A stretch of DNA of 64,000 nt from an uncultured Acidobacteriaceae bacterium (GTDB lineage: Bacteria; Acidobacteriota; Terriglobia; Terriglobales; Acidobacteriaceae): assembly GCA_963842095.1 (NCBI GenBank), contig CAWJEY010000007.1:137602-201601 (forward strand), written 5' to 3'. Both the position numbers and the translations under genes were made by a program. The notes under the pieces are model-generated. The model had not been told where the DNA came from. It saw only the letters and a list, made by a program, of their open reading frames with translations, and did no database searches. The stretch's first letter is position 1. The number at the start of each line of letters is the position of its first letter. Positions 26,550 to 34,749 of this stretch are shown piece after piece.

Positions 26550-27482
26550 TCACTCTTCCCTCAAATGCCTTCCTGTCAGCCTAACAAACACATCTTCTAA
26601 ACTTGCTTGTCTCGTGGTCAGATGCTGCAACTCGCTTCCCCGCTTCCCCACCGCATCAAGCAGCGCCGGAATCGTCAGGTGTGGCTCCTTCACACTCAGC
26701 GCTACCATGCCGTCATCATCGCGCACCGACTCGACGCTGGGCAAGGCGCGCCAGGCCGCAAGCGCCGCGCCGTCCGAATTCCCGCTAACCGCAAATTCCA
26801 CCACGTGATGCCCGCCCAGGCGCTCGATCAAATCTGGCGGCGAGCCCTCCGCAATGATCTGCCCGTGATCGACTATTGCCAGCCGGTCGCACAGCCGCTC
26901 GGCCTCATCCATGTAATGCGTGGTCAGCAGCACGGTGCCGCCGGCGCGTTGAAATTCGCGGATAATCTCCCACAACTGCCGCCGGCTCTGCGGATCGAGC
27001 CCCGTCGTCGGCTCATCCAGAAACAGAATCTTCGGATTGCAAACCAGCGCCGTCGCCACTGCCAGCCGCTGCCGCTGCCCGCCAGATAGCTTCCCCACCC
27101 ACGCGTCGGCCTTCTCCGTAAGCTGCAACTGCTCCAGCACTTCATCGGACGAGCGCGGTTCCCGATAGAAGCTGGCAAACAGTTCGACGGTTTCGCGCAC
27201 AGAAAGCTTCTCGGAAAGCCGCGTCTCCTGCAAAGAAATCCCCAGCCACTCCCGCATCTCGCGCGCATTCTCGCGCCAGGAGTGCCCCAGAATCGACACC
27301 TCGCCCGAAGTCGGCTCCAGCAACCCCTCGAGGATTTCAATGGTAGTGGTCTTCCCCGCCCCGTTTGGCCCCAGCAGTCCAAAGCATTCGCCAGTCTGAA
27401 TCTCAAGATTCAGCCCGCACACGGCCTCGACCTTGCCGTCGTAGGTCTTGCGCAAATCCCGGCATTGGATAGCTACAGCCAC
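26550..27482 (-). CDS. ABC transporter ATP-binding protein (DrrA / ABC-2 type)
   Basis: Walker A GPNGAGKTT, signature LSGGQRQR, Walker B ILFLDEPT. Confidence 0.92.
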   Translation of the reverse strand: MAVAIQCRDLRKTYDGKVEAVCGLNLEIQTGECFGLLGPNGAGKTTTIEILEGLLEPTSGEVSILGHSWRENAREMREWLGISLQETRLSEKLSVRETVELFASFYREPRSSDEVLEQLQLTEKADAWVGKLSGGQRQRLAVATALVCNPKILFLDEPTTGLDPQSRRQLWEIIREFQRAGGTVLLTTHYMDEAERLCDRLAIVDHGQIIAEGSPPDLIERLGGHHVVEFAVSGNSDGAALAAWRALPSVESVRDDDGMVALSVKEPHLTIPALLDAVGKRGSELQHLTTRQASLEDVFVRLTGRHLREE

Positions 27483-27524
27483 GCAGAGATTCTACCGAAA
27501 ACTCTTCCCCGTAGTGTGAGGGAG

Positions 27525-27830
27525 TTAGTTGTGGTCGGCGCGTTCCTCAAGCTCAGACGGCAAGAACAGGCGTTCAACATCTGAGCCACCTTTGTAGAGC
27601 CACCGAGACAGAAAGGAGAAACCGACGATCCTGGTAACAAGGAAGCAGAGCGAGACGAGATGTAAGTGCCGCCAATACTGAGCCGCGGCCGACGACCAGG
27701 GCTCTTCGCTGCTGTAGTGGAGAAACGAAAGCGCACTTCCCGGCAAGGAAGAGGCGTCCGACAGCGCCCACACAGCCATAAGCAAGGCCAGCGCCCGGCT
27801 TGCCAACACCGCTGCATCTTTTCTTGACAT
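27525..27830 (-). CDS. hypothetical small membrane protein
   Basis: 101 aa with 2-3 hydrophobic helices. I recognise no family. Confidence 0.4.
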   Translation of the reverse strand: MSRKDAAVLASRALALLMAVWALSDASSLPGSALSFLHYSSEEPWSSAAAQYWRHLHLVSLCFLVTRIVGFSFLSRWLYKGGSDVERLFLPSELEERADHN

Positions 27831-28028
27831 AACGTTCCCTCCCCGGCCAAAGCCGTTTTGCTACAATACCGCATCCCCGGATTCATTTCCGGCATCTCCA
27901 CTCCCATGCGCACACCCAAGCGCGGCTTTACTTGACGGCGTTCCCTCTAAGACGCCCGTGTGTCGTTTCCAACCAGTTCTCAGTTCCCCGTTCTCAGTCT
28001 CAGTTGAGAACCTGAAAGGAAGCCGCCT

Positions 28029-29012
28029 ATGCTGCGCAAGCTTTGCGTGTTGTCGTGCCTGTTTCTCGCCTTCGCTCTGTCCGCCTTCGCCCAGGATTCG
28101 CGCCACTTCACGTTTCATTACGCCTTCACGGTAAGAAATCTCTCCGCCGGAAAGAAGGTCCGCATTTGGATTCCCGCGGCCCAGTCCGACGCCTATCAAG
28201 AAGTAAAGATCATCTCAGCTAAAGGCGATCTGCCGCTGACGAAGACCAGCGACTCGAGATACGGCAATCAGATTTACTATGCCGAGACCACTTCCGCACA
28301 GCCCGAACTGCACTTCGCGGTGGAGTATGACGTAATCCGCCACGAGCGTGTAGCCCTCGGCGAAACCGCCCGTGTGGTCGCCGTCTCACTTTCATCCCAA
28401 GAAAAGCAGCAAGACCTCCAGCCCGACGTCCTTGTTCCCGTCACCGGCCTGCCTGCCGAACTCGCCGCCAAAGTCACGCAAGGCAAGACCCAGTCGCTCG
28501 ACAAAGCCCGCGCCATCTACGACTACGTTTTCACCACCATGCGCTACGACAAGACCGGAACCGGCTGGGGACACGGCGACGTTCTCTACGCCTGCGACGC
28601 CAAAAAGGGCAACTGCACCGACTTCCATTCGCTGTTTATTGCCATGGCGCGGTCCCAAGGCATCCCAGCCCGCTTCGAGATCGGATTCCCCCTGCCGCCT
28701 GACAAGCACTCTGCCGAGATTGCCGGCTACCACTGCTGGTCCGATTTCTGGATTGATTCCAAAGGCTGGATTCCCGTGGACATTTCCGAAGCTTGGAAGC
28801 ATCAGGAAAAACGAGACTATTTTTTCGGATCGCACGACGTGAACCGCATGCAGTTCAGCATGGGCCGCGATCTGCGCTTGAGTCCTCCGCAAGAAGGCAA
28901 GCCGCTCAACTATTTCGTCTATCCTTATGTGGAGGTCGATGGCCAGGACTTTTCGAACGTGGCGCTGGCCTTCTCATTTGCCGACGCAAGCTCCGCAATC
29001 GCCTCGCGATAG
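28029..29012 (+). CDS. transglutaminase-like cysteine-protease-fold protein, secreted
   Basis: Signal peptide present. The Cys-His-Asp triad context is GNCTDFHSLF ... GYHCWSDFW ... WIPVDISE. Confidence 0.85.
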   Translation: MLRKLCVLSCLFLAFALSAFAQDSRHFTFHYAFTVRNLSAGKKVRIWIPAAQSDAYQEVKIISAKGDLPLTKTSDSRYGNQIYYAETTSAQPELHFAVEYDVIRHERVALGETARVVAVSLSSQEKQQDLQPDVLVPVTGLPAELAAKVTQGKTQSLDKARAIYDYVFTTMRYDKTGTGWGHGDVLYACDAKKGNCTDFHSLFIAMARSQGIPARFEIGFPLPPDKHSAEIAGYHCWSDFWIDSKGWIPVDISEAWKHQEKRDYFFGSHDVNRMQFSMGRDLRLSPPQEGKPLNYFVYPYVEVDGQDFSNVALAFSFADASSAIASR

Positions 29013-29037
29013 ACGTCATTCGGTCGTGGTCATGAAG

Positions 29038-30156
29038 CTAATGGCGCGTCGCCACTATCTCCCCCGGCCCCGGATTTCCCGGAGGCTGAGGAATATCCGG
29101 CGGCGGCACGGGCTGCACCGGCGAGGCTCCATTCGCCGGCTTCGGCACCTCTTCGGCATCCTCCCCGGGACGCCGCAGGCTCGGAGCATTCGCCGGACGC
29201 TCTCCCGGCTCTTTCTTCGCTTCCTTATCTCTTTCCCGCTGCGGCAATACGACTTCCTTCTCGGTGCGCACGATTTTTTCGCCGCCTACCTTCATGGTTT
29301 CGACCCGGACAACTTCATCGCCCACAATGCGCACAAAATCGACGTCCGCGGGAGGCTCGCCGTAAATCCATTCTTCATATTCCGTGTCGCCATCGCGCTC
29401 CCGCACCTTCTTTGGCGGCTTGCCTTTGGCATGCAGCACCATCTCCTGATTCATTCCCACCAGCACATGATGCGCCTGAATCGCCTCTTTCACCTTGGGA
29501 GGCACGGTGTCCAGATAAGCTTGCTCTCTACTCCGCGCATTGAAGTCGAGCACTGGATACAGCAGCTCCCGCAACTGCTGCGCCGTCATCTCGGGAACAT
29601 ACTTGCTGAAATAAAGGTTCACATACGAACCGTGCGGGTTCGTTTGAGAGTTGTCTGGCGAACTGGTTTGCACCGGCGTCCCCCCAGTGCCGGAAACCTC
29701 AATGTGCTGATACCATTTCTTGCGATGCACCGGGCCGCCGTTGATCTCGAAATGAATATGGTCGTCCTTGATCTGAACGAATGAGATATGCGCCGGATCG
29801 CCGGGCTTGATCGCCGGCCCCCAAAGGCTGAGTTCCTGCCGCATTTCCTCGCCGTTCGGCGCGATAACGCCCTCCTTCAACCGCAGTCCTTTCCTGCCCA
29901 TGGGAAAAACCGTCCGCGCATACACCAGCTGGGTTTCAAAGTCACGGATGATTTCATAACGCGTCTGTTTGGAGATACGCTGCGCATCAGAGGGTATCGG
30001 GGCGCTCGGTCGTGAGGTCTGATCAGTTTGTGCGGACTGCGACGGTTGAGATGAAGTACTCTGCCTGAGGCCGGAATCGTTCGTCTGGGCGTAAACGAGA
30101 AAAGGGGTCAACCAGAGAAGCAGTGCAGAAAGAGTGGTACTCCGCAAGCGCAACAT
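29038..30156 (-). CDS. hypothetical secreted protein with a Pro-rich C-terminus
   Basis: Signal peptide MLRLRSTTLSALLLWLTPFLVYAQ. It lies downstream of and co-directional with the ECF sigma/anti-sigma pair. Confidence 0.6.
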   Translation of the reverse strand: MLRLRSTTLSALLLWLTPFLVYAQTNDSGLRQSTSSQPSQSAQTDQTSRPSAPIPSDAQRISKQTRYEIIRDFETQLVYARTVFPMGRKGLRLKEGVIAPNGEEMRQELSLWGPAIKPGDPAHISFVQIKDDHIHFEINGGPVHRKKWYQHIEVSGTGGTPVQTSSPDNSQTNPHGSYVNLYFSKYVPEMTAQQLRELLYPVLDFNARSREQAYLDTVPPKVKEAIQAHHVLVGMNQEMVLHAKGKPPKKVRERDGDTEYEEWIYGEPPADVDFVRIVGDEVVRVETMKVGGEKIVRTEKEVVLPQRERDKEAKKEPGERPANAPSLRRPGEDAEEVPKPANGASPVQPVPPPDIPQPPGNPGPGEIVATRH

Positions 30157-30261
30157 GCAACACCCCAGGGCGCGAGATTCATTATATGCGATGGAGTAAA
30201 GACGCGGCGGGTTGCCGCGGCCCGCGGAACCTTGAAACCCTGAAACTTTGGAACCTGGCTC

Positions 30262-30519
30262 CTAAACGCTCTCCGGCCCGCGCTTCTTATGCTGCTGGCA
30301 CTTGGTCATGATGGCCGAACGCAGGCGCGAACGCAGGTCTTCGGGCAGTTCGTAAAGCTGGGAGTCGCGATAGATCTCGATGGTCTTCTTCGTGGTGTCG
30401 CACACCACGTAGCAGTTGTGGCACCAGGAAAGATGGTTCTCCAACTCGACTTTTGTAGGTTCGTCGAGGACGCCGTCCAAATAACTCGTCAGCTCGGTCA
30501 AAAACTCAGAGCATTTCAC
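30262..30519 (-). CDS. zf-HC2-type anti-sigma factor (soluble, 85 aa)
   Basis: The H-x3-C-x2-C motif (NHLSWCHNCYVVC) is present, and there is a 4-nt overlap with the upstream sigma gene. Confidence 0.7.
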   Translation of the reverse strand: MKCSEFLTELTSYLDGVLDEPTKVELENHLSWCHNCYVVCDTTKKTIEIYRDSQLYELPEDLRSRLRSAIMTKCQQHKKRGPESV

Positions 30520-31166
30520 TGTTCGCCATCTCCACTCTTGCCATCTCCGTTTCCATTCCCGCGTTTCTGGAAGAACCTTCCCAACCGCTCGCGCAGTTGC
30601 AGGCGTGCCCGCAACAACCGCGACTTCACCGCGGGCACGCTCAATTCCAGCGCCGCCGCGGTCTCCTCGGTCGAAAGCCCTTCCACGTCTCTCAGCACAA
30701 ACACGGTCCGGAAGCCCGGGGGAAGGCCCTGGATCGTCTTGCTCAAAATCTCACGCAGCTCAGCTTGCGTGTACTGCTGTTCGGGATTGGGGCTCCAATC
30801 CGCAATCTCACGCGGAAGAGAATCATCTTCTGTCTTGATATCTTCGTCGAGTGAGACCGTTCGTTCCGGCTTCTTGCGGCGCAACTTCATCAACGCTTCG
30901 TTGACGGCGATGCGCACCAGCCAGGTATAAAACTTCGACTGCTCCTGAAACTTCGCCAGGTTGCTGTACGCCTTCAGGAACGCTTCCTGCACCACATCTT
31001 CCGCATCCTCGCGGTTCTGGGTGATGTGTTGCGCGATCCGAAAAACGTTGCGGTCATACCGGCGTACCAACTCTTCAAACGCCGAGTCGTCGCCCTTCTT
31101 GGCCGCCTGTACCAGGGTCAGCTCATCAGTAACAGGCCCTTCTAGTTTGTTTTGGATTGCTCCCAT
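30516..31166 (-). CDS. ECF (sigma-70 family group 4) RNA polymerase sigma factor
   Basis: Region 2 (FEELVRRYDRNVFRIAQHITQNREDAEDVVQEAFLKAY) and region 4 (VFVLRDVEGLSTEETAAALELSVPAVKSRL). Confidence 0.9.
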   Translation of the reverse strand: MGAIQNKLEGPVTDELTLVQAAKKGDDSAFEELVRRYDRNVFRIAQHITQNREDAEDVVQEAFLKAYSNLAKFQEQSKFYTWLVRIAVNEALMKLRRKKPERTVSLDEDIKTEDDSLPREIADWSPNPEQQYTQAELREILSKTIQGLPPGFRTVFVLRDVEGLSTEETAAALELSVPAVKSRLLRARLQLRERLGRFFQKRGNGNGDGKSGDGEQ

Positions 31167-31368
31167 TGTCTCGACGATGCAGTATTTTGCCTACGATTCA
31201 CAAATCGCAGCACACGATGGTAACGACCATTCTACTTGCAAGCCAGGGATTTAGGCGAATCGGCAAGGCTCATGTGGGGACGGACGCATTCGTCCGTCCA
31301 GGCGGCCCAGGTGTATCGGGCCGCAGTGCAGCGCCCAAATGCGGATCTTCATGGATTTTGATTTTGAC

Positions 31369-31386
31369 CGGGAAGGGCACGGCTTC
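31369..31386. repeat. 18-nt dispersed repeat cgggaagggcacggcttc, copy 1 (copy 2 at 48462-48479)
   Basis: An exact 18/18 match in the same orientation. It continues into the degenerate palindrome GGCACGGCTTCAGCCG. Confidence 0.8.
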
Positions 31387-31497
31387 AGCCGCAGTGAACG
31401 GCCGACGAGAAATAGTGCCAGCCCCGTCTGTCCCTTCATTTCCAAGTCGTCGGATCGCAAAATTCACACTTGACATTGACAGATAATCCACTACCAT

Positions 31498-31851
31498 ATG
31501 GTTGTGGATAAATTGGATACAACGTTTGCCGCTCTGTCTGATCCAACCCGGCGGGCAATGATCGAACGCCTCTCACATGGGCCTGCCTCTGTGCATGGAT
31601 TGACGGAACCGTTTGCAATTTCGCAGCAGATGATTTCAAAACATATTGCCTACCTCGTGCGGGCGCGGATTGTGATCAAGACAAAGCGTGGACGAGAGAG
31701 TGTGTGCACGCTTAGGCCCGAGGCGATTAAGACAGTCAGGGACTGGGCGATCAGCTATCGCCGCTTCTGGGAAGAGAGTTTCGACAAACTGGATGTAGTT
31801 GTAAATCAAATGAAGAAAGAGGAGGTCAGAGATGACAAAAAGCACGGTTAG
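31498..31851 (+). CDS. ArsR/SmtB-family transcriptional regulator
   Basis: FAALSDPTRRAMIERLSHGPASVHGLTEPFAISQQMISKHIAYL winged-helix region. Confidence 0.88.
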   Translation: MVVDKLDTTFAALSDPTRRAMIERLSHGPASVHGLTEPFAISQQMISKHIAYLVRARIVIKTKRGRESVCTLRPEAIKTVRDWAISYRRFWEESFDKLDVVVNQMKKEEVRDDKKHG

Positions 31852-32341
31852 CGAAATTGAGCGGATGGTTGTCACAAGAGTTTTTGATGCCCCACGCCAG
31901 TTGGTTTGGAAGGCGTGGACAGACCCGAAGTACGTGATGCAGTGGTGGGGACCGAAGGGCTTTACTGCGCCGGTTTGCCGGATGGATTTTCGCGTTGGCG
32001 GAAAATCTCTCCTCTGCATGAGAACGCCGGATGGGCAGGAGTGCTGGAATGCGGTTGAATACCACGAGATTGTTCTGCACGAAAAGATCGTTTCCTCCAT
32101 GTACTTTTCGGACTCGAAGGGAAACAAGGTTGAGCCTGCGGAATTAGGAATAGAACATGAGGCCATCGACGGTGCGTACGACGTGACCATCTTTGAGGAT
32201 CTCGGAAACGGCCAGACGAAACTCACCCACATTGGAAATGAACCCATGGAGAGCGCGAAAAATAGCGGTCAATTGGAGGGCTGGAACCAGATACTCGATA
32301 AAGTTGCCGCAGTTGTTGCGAAGCTGGCGCAGGCGAAATAA
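31832..32341 (+). CDS. SRPBCC / AHSA1-like (START-fold) protein
   Basis: RVFDAPRQLVWKAWTDPKYVMQWWGPKGFT. It overlaps arsR by 20 nt. ArsR-AHSA1 is a common gene pair. Confidence 0.85.
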   Translation: MTKSTVSEIERMVVTRVFDAPRQLVWKAWTDPKYVMQWWGPKGFTAPVCRMDFRVGGKSLLCMRTPDGQECWNAVEYHEIVLHEKIVSSMYFSDSKGNKVEPAELGIEHEAIDGAYDVTIFEDLGNGQTKLTHIGNEPMESAKNSGQLEGWNQILDKVAAVVAKLAQAK

Positions 32342-32421
32342 GAAGTTGGAGTTTTGATGATTGTCATGCGCGTGATCTGAACGTAAAGCAACGCGGTAGG
32401 TTCCGGAAACCTAAGGGTGGG

Positions 32422-32532
32422 CGGGGCTGATGAGATAACCGTGTCGGCTGCTAACGAGCGAGTAGACTTGGAAGCGCTCAAGCGACCAAGGCTCGGAGGC
32501 AAGGAGCCGACACGGTTATCTCATCAGCCCCG
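32422..32532. repeat. perfect 28-bp inverted repeat with a 55-nt spacer
   Basis: The left arm is 32422-32449 (cggggctgatgagataaccgtgtcggct). The right arm is 32505-32532 (agccgacacggttatctcatcagccccg). They are exact reverse complements by hand check. Confidence 0.9.
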
Positions 32533-32545
32533 AGGTCAGACGTCG

Positions 32546-33997
32546 ATGACAAATGATATGGACGAACTCGAATCTGAGGATAAGCGCCTATGTTCTGACT
32601 GTGTCGGTGAGGTCTTCCTTAAGGCAGACATTCAGAAGAACGGGCGCGACGATGCGTGTTCCTATTGTGAAAGTAAAGGCAAGACGTTTTCGATAGCCGA
32701 AATGGCAGACCGAATCGATCATGCTATTGGTCAGCACTTTTATCTCACTTCAACCGAACCTTCTGGTCTGGAATACGCCATGATCAAAGAAGGAGACCTT
32801 GACTGGGAGCGTAAGGGAGAACCCATAGCAGACATCATTCAAGAGTACGCCCACGTGGAGCCCGGGCCAGCAGATGATATTCGCGGTGTGTTGGAGGACC
32901 GCCACTCCGACAGAGACAGTGAGCTCATGGGATATGAGAACCCCTTTGACGAGGAGGCGCACTACGCCGAATCTGAAGTCGATGATAGGGAGTCGCAAGC
33001 CGGTTGGCGGCACTTCGAGGACAGTTTGAAGACCGAGGCTAGGTATTTCAGTCGGACGGCAGAATGGACATTGAAGGATATTTTCGAAGGAATTGCTGAG
33101 CACCGCACGCGCGATGGCCGCCCGATCGTAGTCGAAGCGGGACCAGGCACAAGGATAGACGCGATATATCGTGCGAGGATTTTTCAATCAGCCGACAAGC
33201 TCGAAAAAGCACTGGAAAGACCCGACAAAGAAATTGGCCCACCGCCTTCTAAGACTGCCTTAGGTGGCCGTATGAATGCTTATGGCATCTCAGTGTTCTA
33301 CGGCGCAACTGATCAAGCCGTTGCCTTGGCGGAAGTGCGGCCTCCGGTGGGGAGCAGGGTGGTAGTTGGACGCTTTGAACTCATCAGGCCAATACGCTTG
33401 CTTGATGTCGAAGCTCTGCGATTACTTAATGTGACCGGGAGTATCTTTGACCCGAGCTATCTTTCTCGTCTCCAAAAAGCAAAGTTTCTCGAATGGCTTA
33501 GTCGGCGCATCGCTCTTCCGGTAATGCCCGACGATGAGTCGTATGACTATATTCCGACTCAAGCGATAGCCGACTTCCTTGCATCGAACGCAAATCCGCT
33601 TCTGCACGGAATTCTTTATCCTTCGGTGCAAGGAGGAGAAGGCAGGTCAAACATTGTGCTGTTCCACAAAGCCGCACGTGTGCAGCCATTGGATGTGCCG
33701 GATGGCACCGAGATTTCTGTTTCAACTTATGATGAGACCGACGACGGACGAGAAACTAACTACTGGGTATCCGAGGAAGTTCCACCTTCCAAAACAACGC
33801 CGTCTACGACGGGACTCAACAATTTCCCATTTCGTTCCGAGCGACTCAACGAGCCTTGGGACACCGACACCCGAGAATTTGTGCTGAAACTGAACGTGTC
33901 GAGCGTCGTTGTCCACCATGTAAGGGGACTCATATACAACACCGAGCCGTATAACGTATCTCGACATCGATTTGAAAAGCGCGAAGCGAAATTCTGA
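32546..33997 (+). CDS. RES-domain protein (NAD+-targeting toxin family) with a long Cys-rich N-terminal domain
   Basis: The R-E-S triad context is GGRMNAYGISVFYGATDQAVALAEVRPP ... GILYPSVQGGEGRSNIVLF. The N-terminus carries CSDC...CSYC. The ATG at 32546 has GAGG 10 nt upstream. The track start at 32417 would translate through the inverted repeat. Confidence 0.85.
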   Translation: MTNDMDELESEDKRLCSDCVGEVFLKADIQKNGRDDACSYCESKGKTFSIAEMADRIDHAIGQHFYLTSTEPSGLEYAMIKEGDLDWERKGEPIADIIQEYAHVEPGPADDIRGVLEDRHSDRDSELMGYENPFDEEAHYAESEVDDRESQAGWRHFEDSLKTEARYFSRTAEWTLKDIFEGIAEHRTRDGRPIVVEAGPGTRIDAIYRARIFQSADKLEKALERPDKEIGPPPSKTALGGRMNAYGISVFYGATDQAVALAEVRPPVGSRVVVGRFELIRPIRLLDVEALRLLNVTGSIFDPSYLSRLQKAKFLEWLSRRIALPVMPDDESYDYIPTQAIADFLASNANPLLHGILYPSVQGGEGRSNIVLFHKAARVQPLDVPDGTEISVSTYDETDDGRETNYWVSEEVPPSKTTPSTTGLNNFPFRSERLNEPWDTDTREFVLKLNVSSVVVHHVRGLIYNTEPYNVSRHRFEKREAKF

Positions 33998-34029
33998 AGG
34001 CGGATATACGAGAGCAGCGCTGAAGCGGC

Positions 34030-34106
34030 GGGTGGCCCATCCTTACATTTTCCTGGCACCCATCACGAATGAGGGTGCCCCATCCTTGCGTTCTTTGCAA
34101 GGGTGG
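34030..34106. repeat. pair of REP-like hairpins with a 17-nt direct repeat
   Basis: GGGTGGCCCATCCTTAC (34030-) and GGGTGCCCCATCCTTGC (34073-) are direct repeats. Hairpin 1 is GGCACCC(34055-61)/GGGTGCC(34073-79). Hairpin 2 is CCATCCTTGC(34080-89)/GCAAGGGTGG(34097-106). Confidence 0.6.
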
Positions 34107-34749
34107 GAATTCCAAATGCGAACCCCCTTGGGAGTTTGACTTTCCCCCACTCTAAACCTGACCGGAAAATTTCCACAGCCTACTTGTGACATCTGACCTT
34201 GCGCTCGTTTCCAATTCCTCCCATAATTGTCCAAGCAGTAGCAGCGCCATCTAGATAGAAAAACTCGGAGGAGTCTGGCGAGAGATCGCCCGTAACCCCC
34301 TTGCTTTCTAGATTTTGACCTGTAAGTTCTTTGACATCTAGATTTTACAAGCCAAACCATGCCTAAGCCCATGATTCTAGAGATTGAGGGGGGTGGGGGA
34401 GTGGGGGGGTACCCTGTAATCAAGTAGTAAACCCTACGCACCCAAGCCAAACCCCTGCTGCAAGTTTATTTTCAGGCGGCCCGACAATCTGGGTCGCCTG
34501 CACAGCCGCCAACAACCAGAGAACCCGCGCGACAGAAGCATCCGTCCGTGCAGCCGCACATTCTTCTCCGCGCATCCGCAGAGGAACAATCCTGGGCACC
34601 TCAATCGAGCTTTGATCCCTCCCCAATTTGCGTTACAGTCGAAGCCAACGCCACGACGCGGTTGAACAGGTACCGAAGTACTCTGGGGCATTCCTACAAG
34701 TGCCGTATAATCAGCACTTAGGGCTCGGCTCCGGCCTCGATGTTACCCG

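Noticed and set aside
31191-31200. The 10-mer CTACGATTCA is present at 31191-31200 and again at 34755-34764, flanking the AT-rich islet like att direct repeats.
   Set aside because: The match is exactly 10 nt, with no extension. A chance 10-mer match between two regions of several hundred bp has a probability of order 0.1-0.2, and no integrase is present. It is kept only as a note.
32423-32470. A tmRNA-like beginning (GGGGCTGA...) followed by GCTAACGAG..., which superficially resembles a tag-reading frame.
   Set aside because: The segment is one arm plus the loop of a perfect 28-bp inverted repeat. There is no tRNA-like acceptor/T-arm 3' domain, no pseudoknot region, and no Ala-Ala-stop tag end.
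34043-34450. The 135-aa minus-strand ORF, and other short ORFs, in the non-coding tail after the RES gene.
   Set aside because: They read through REP-like hairpins, the TCTAGA cluster and the G-tract. Their composition is not protein-like.
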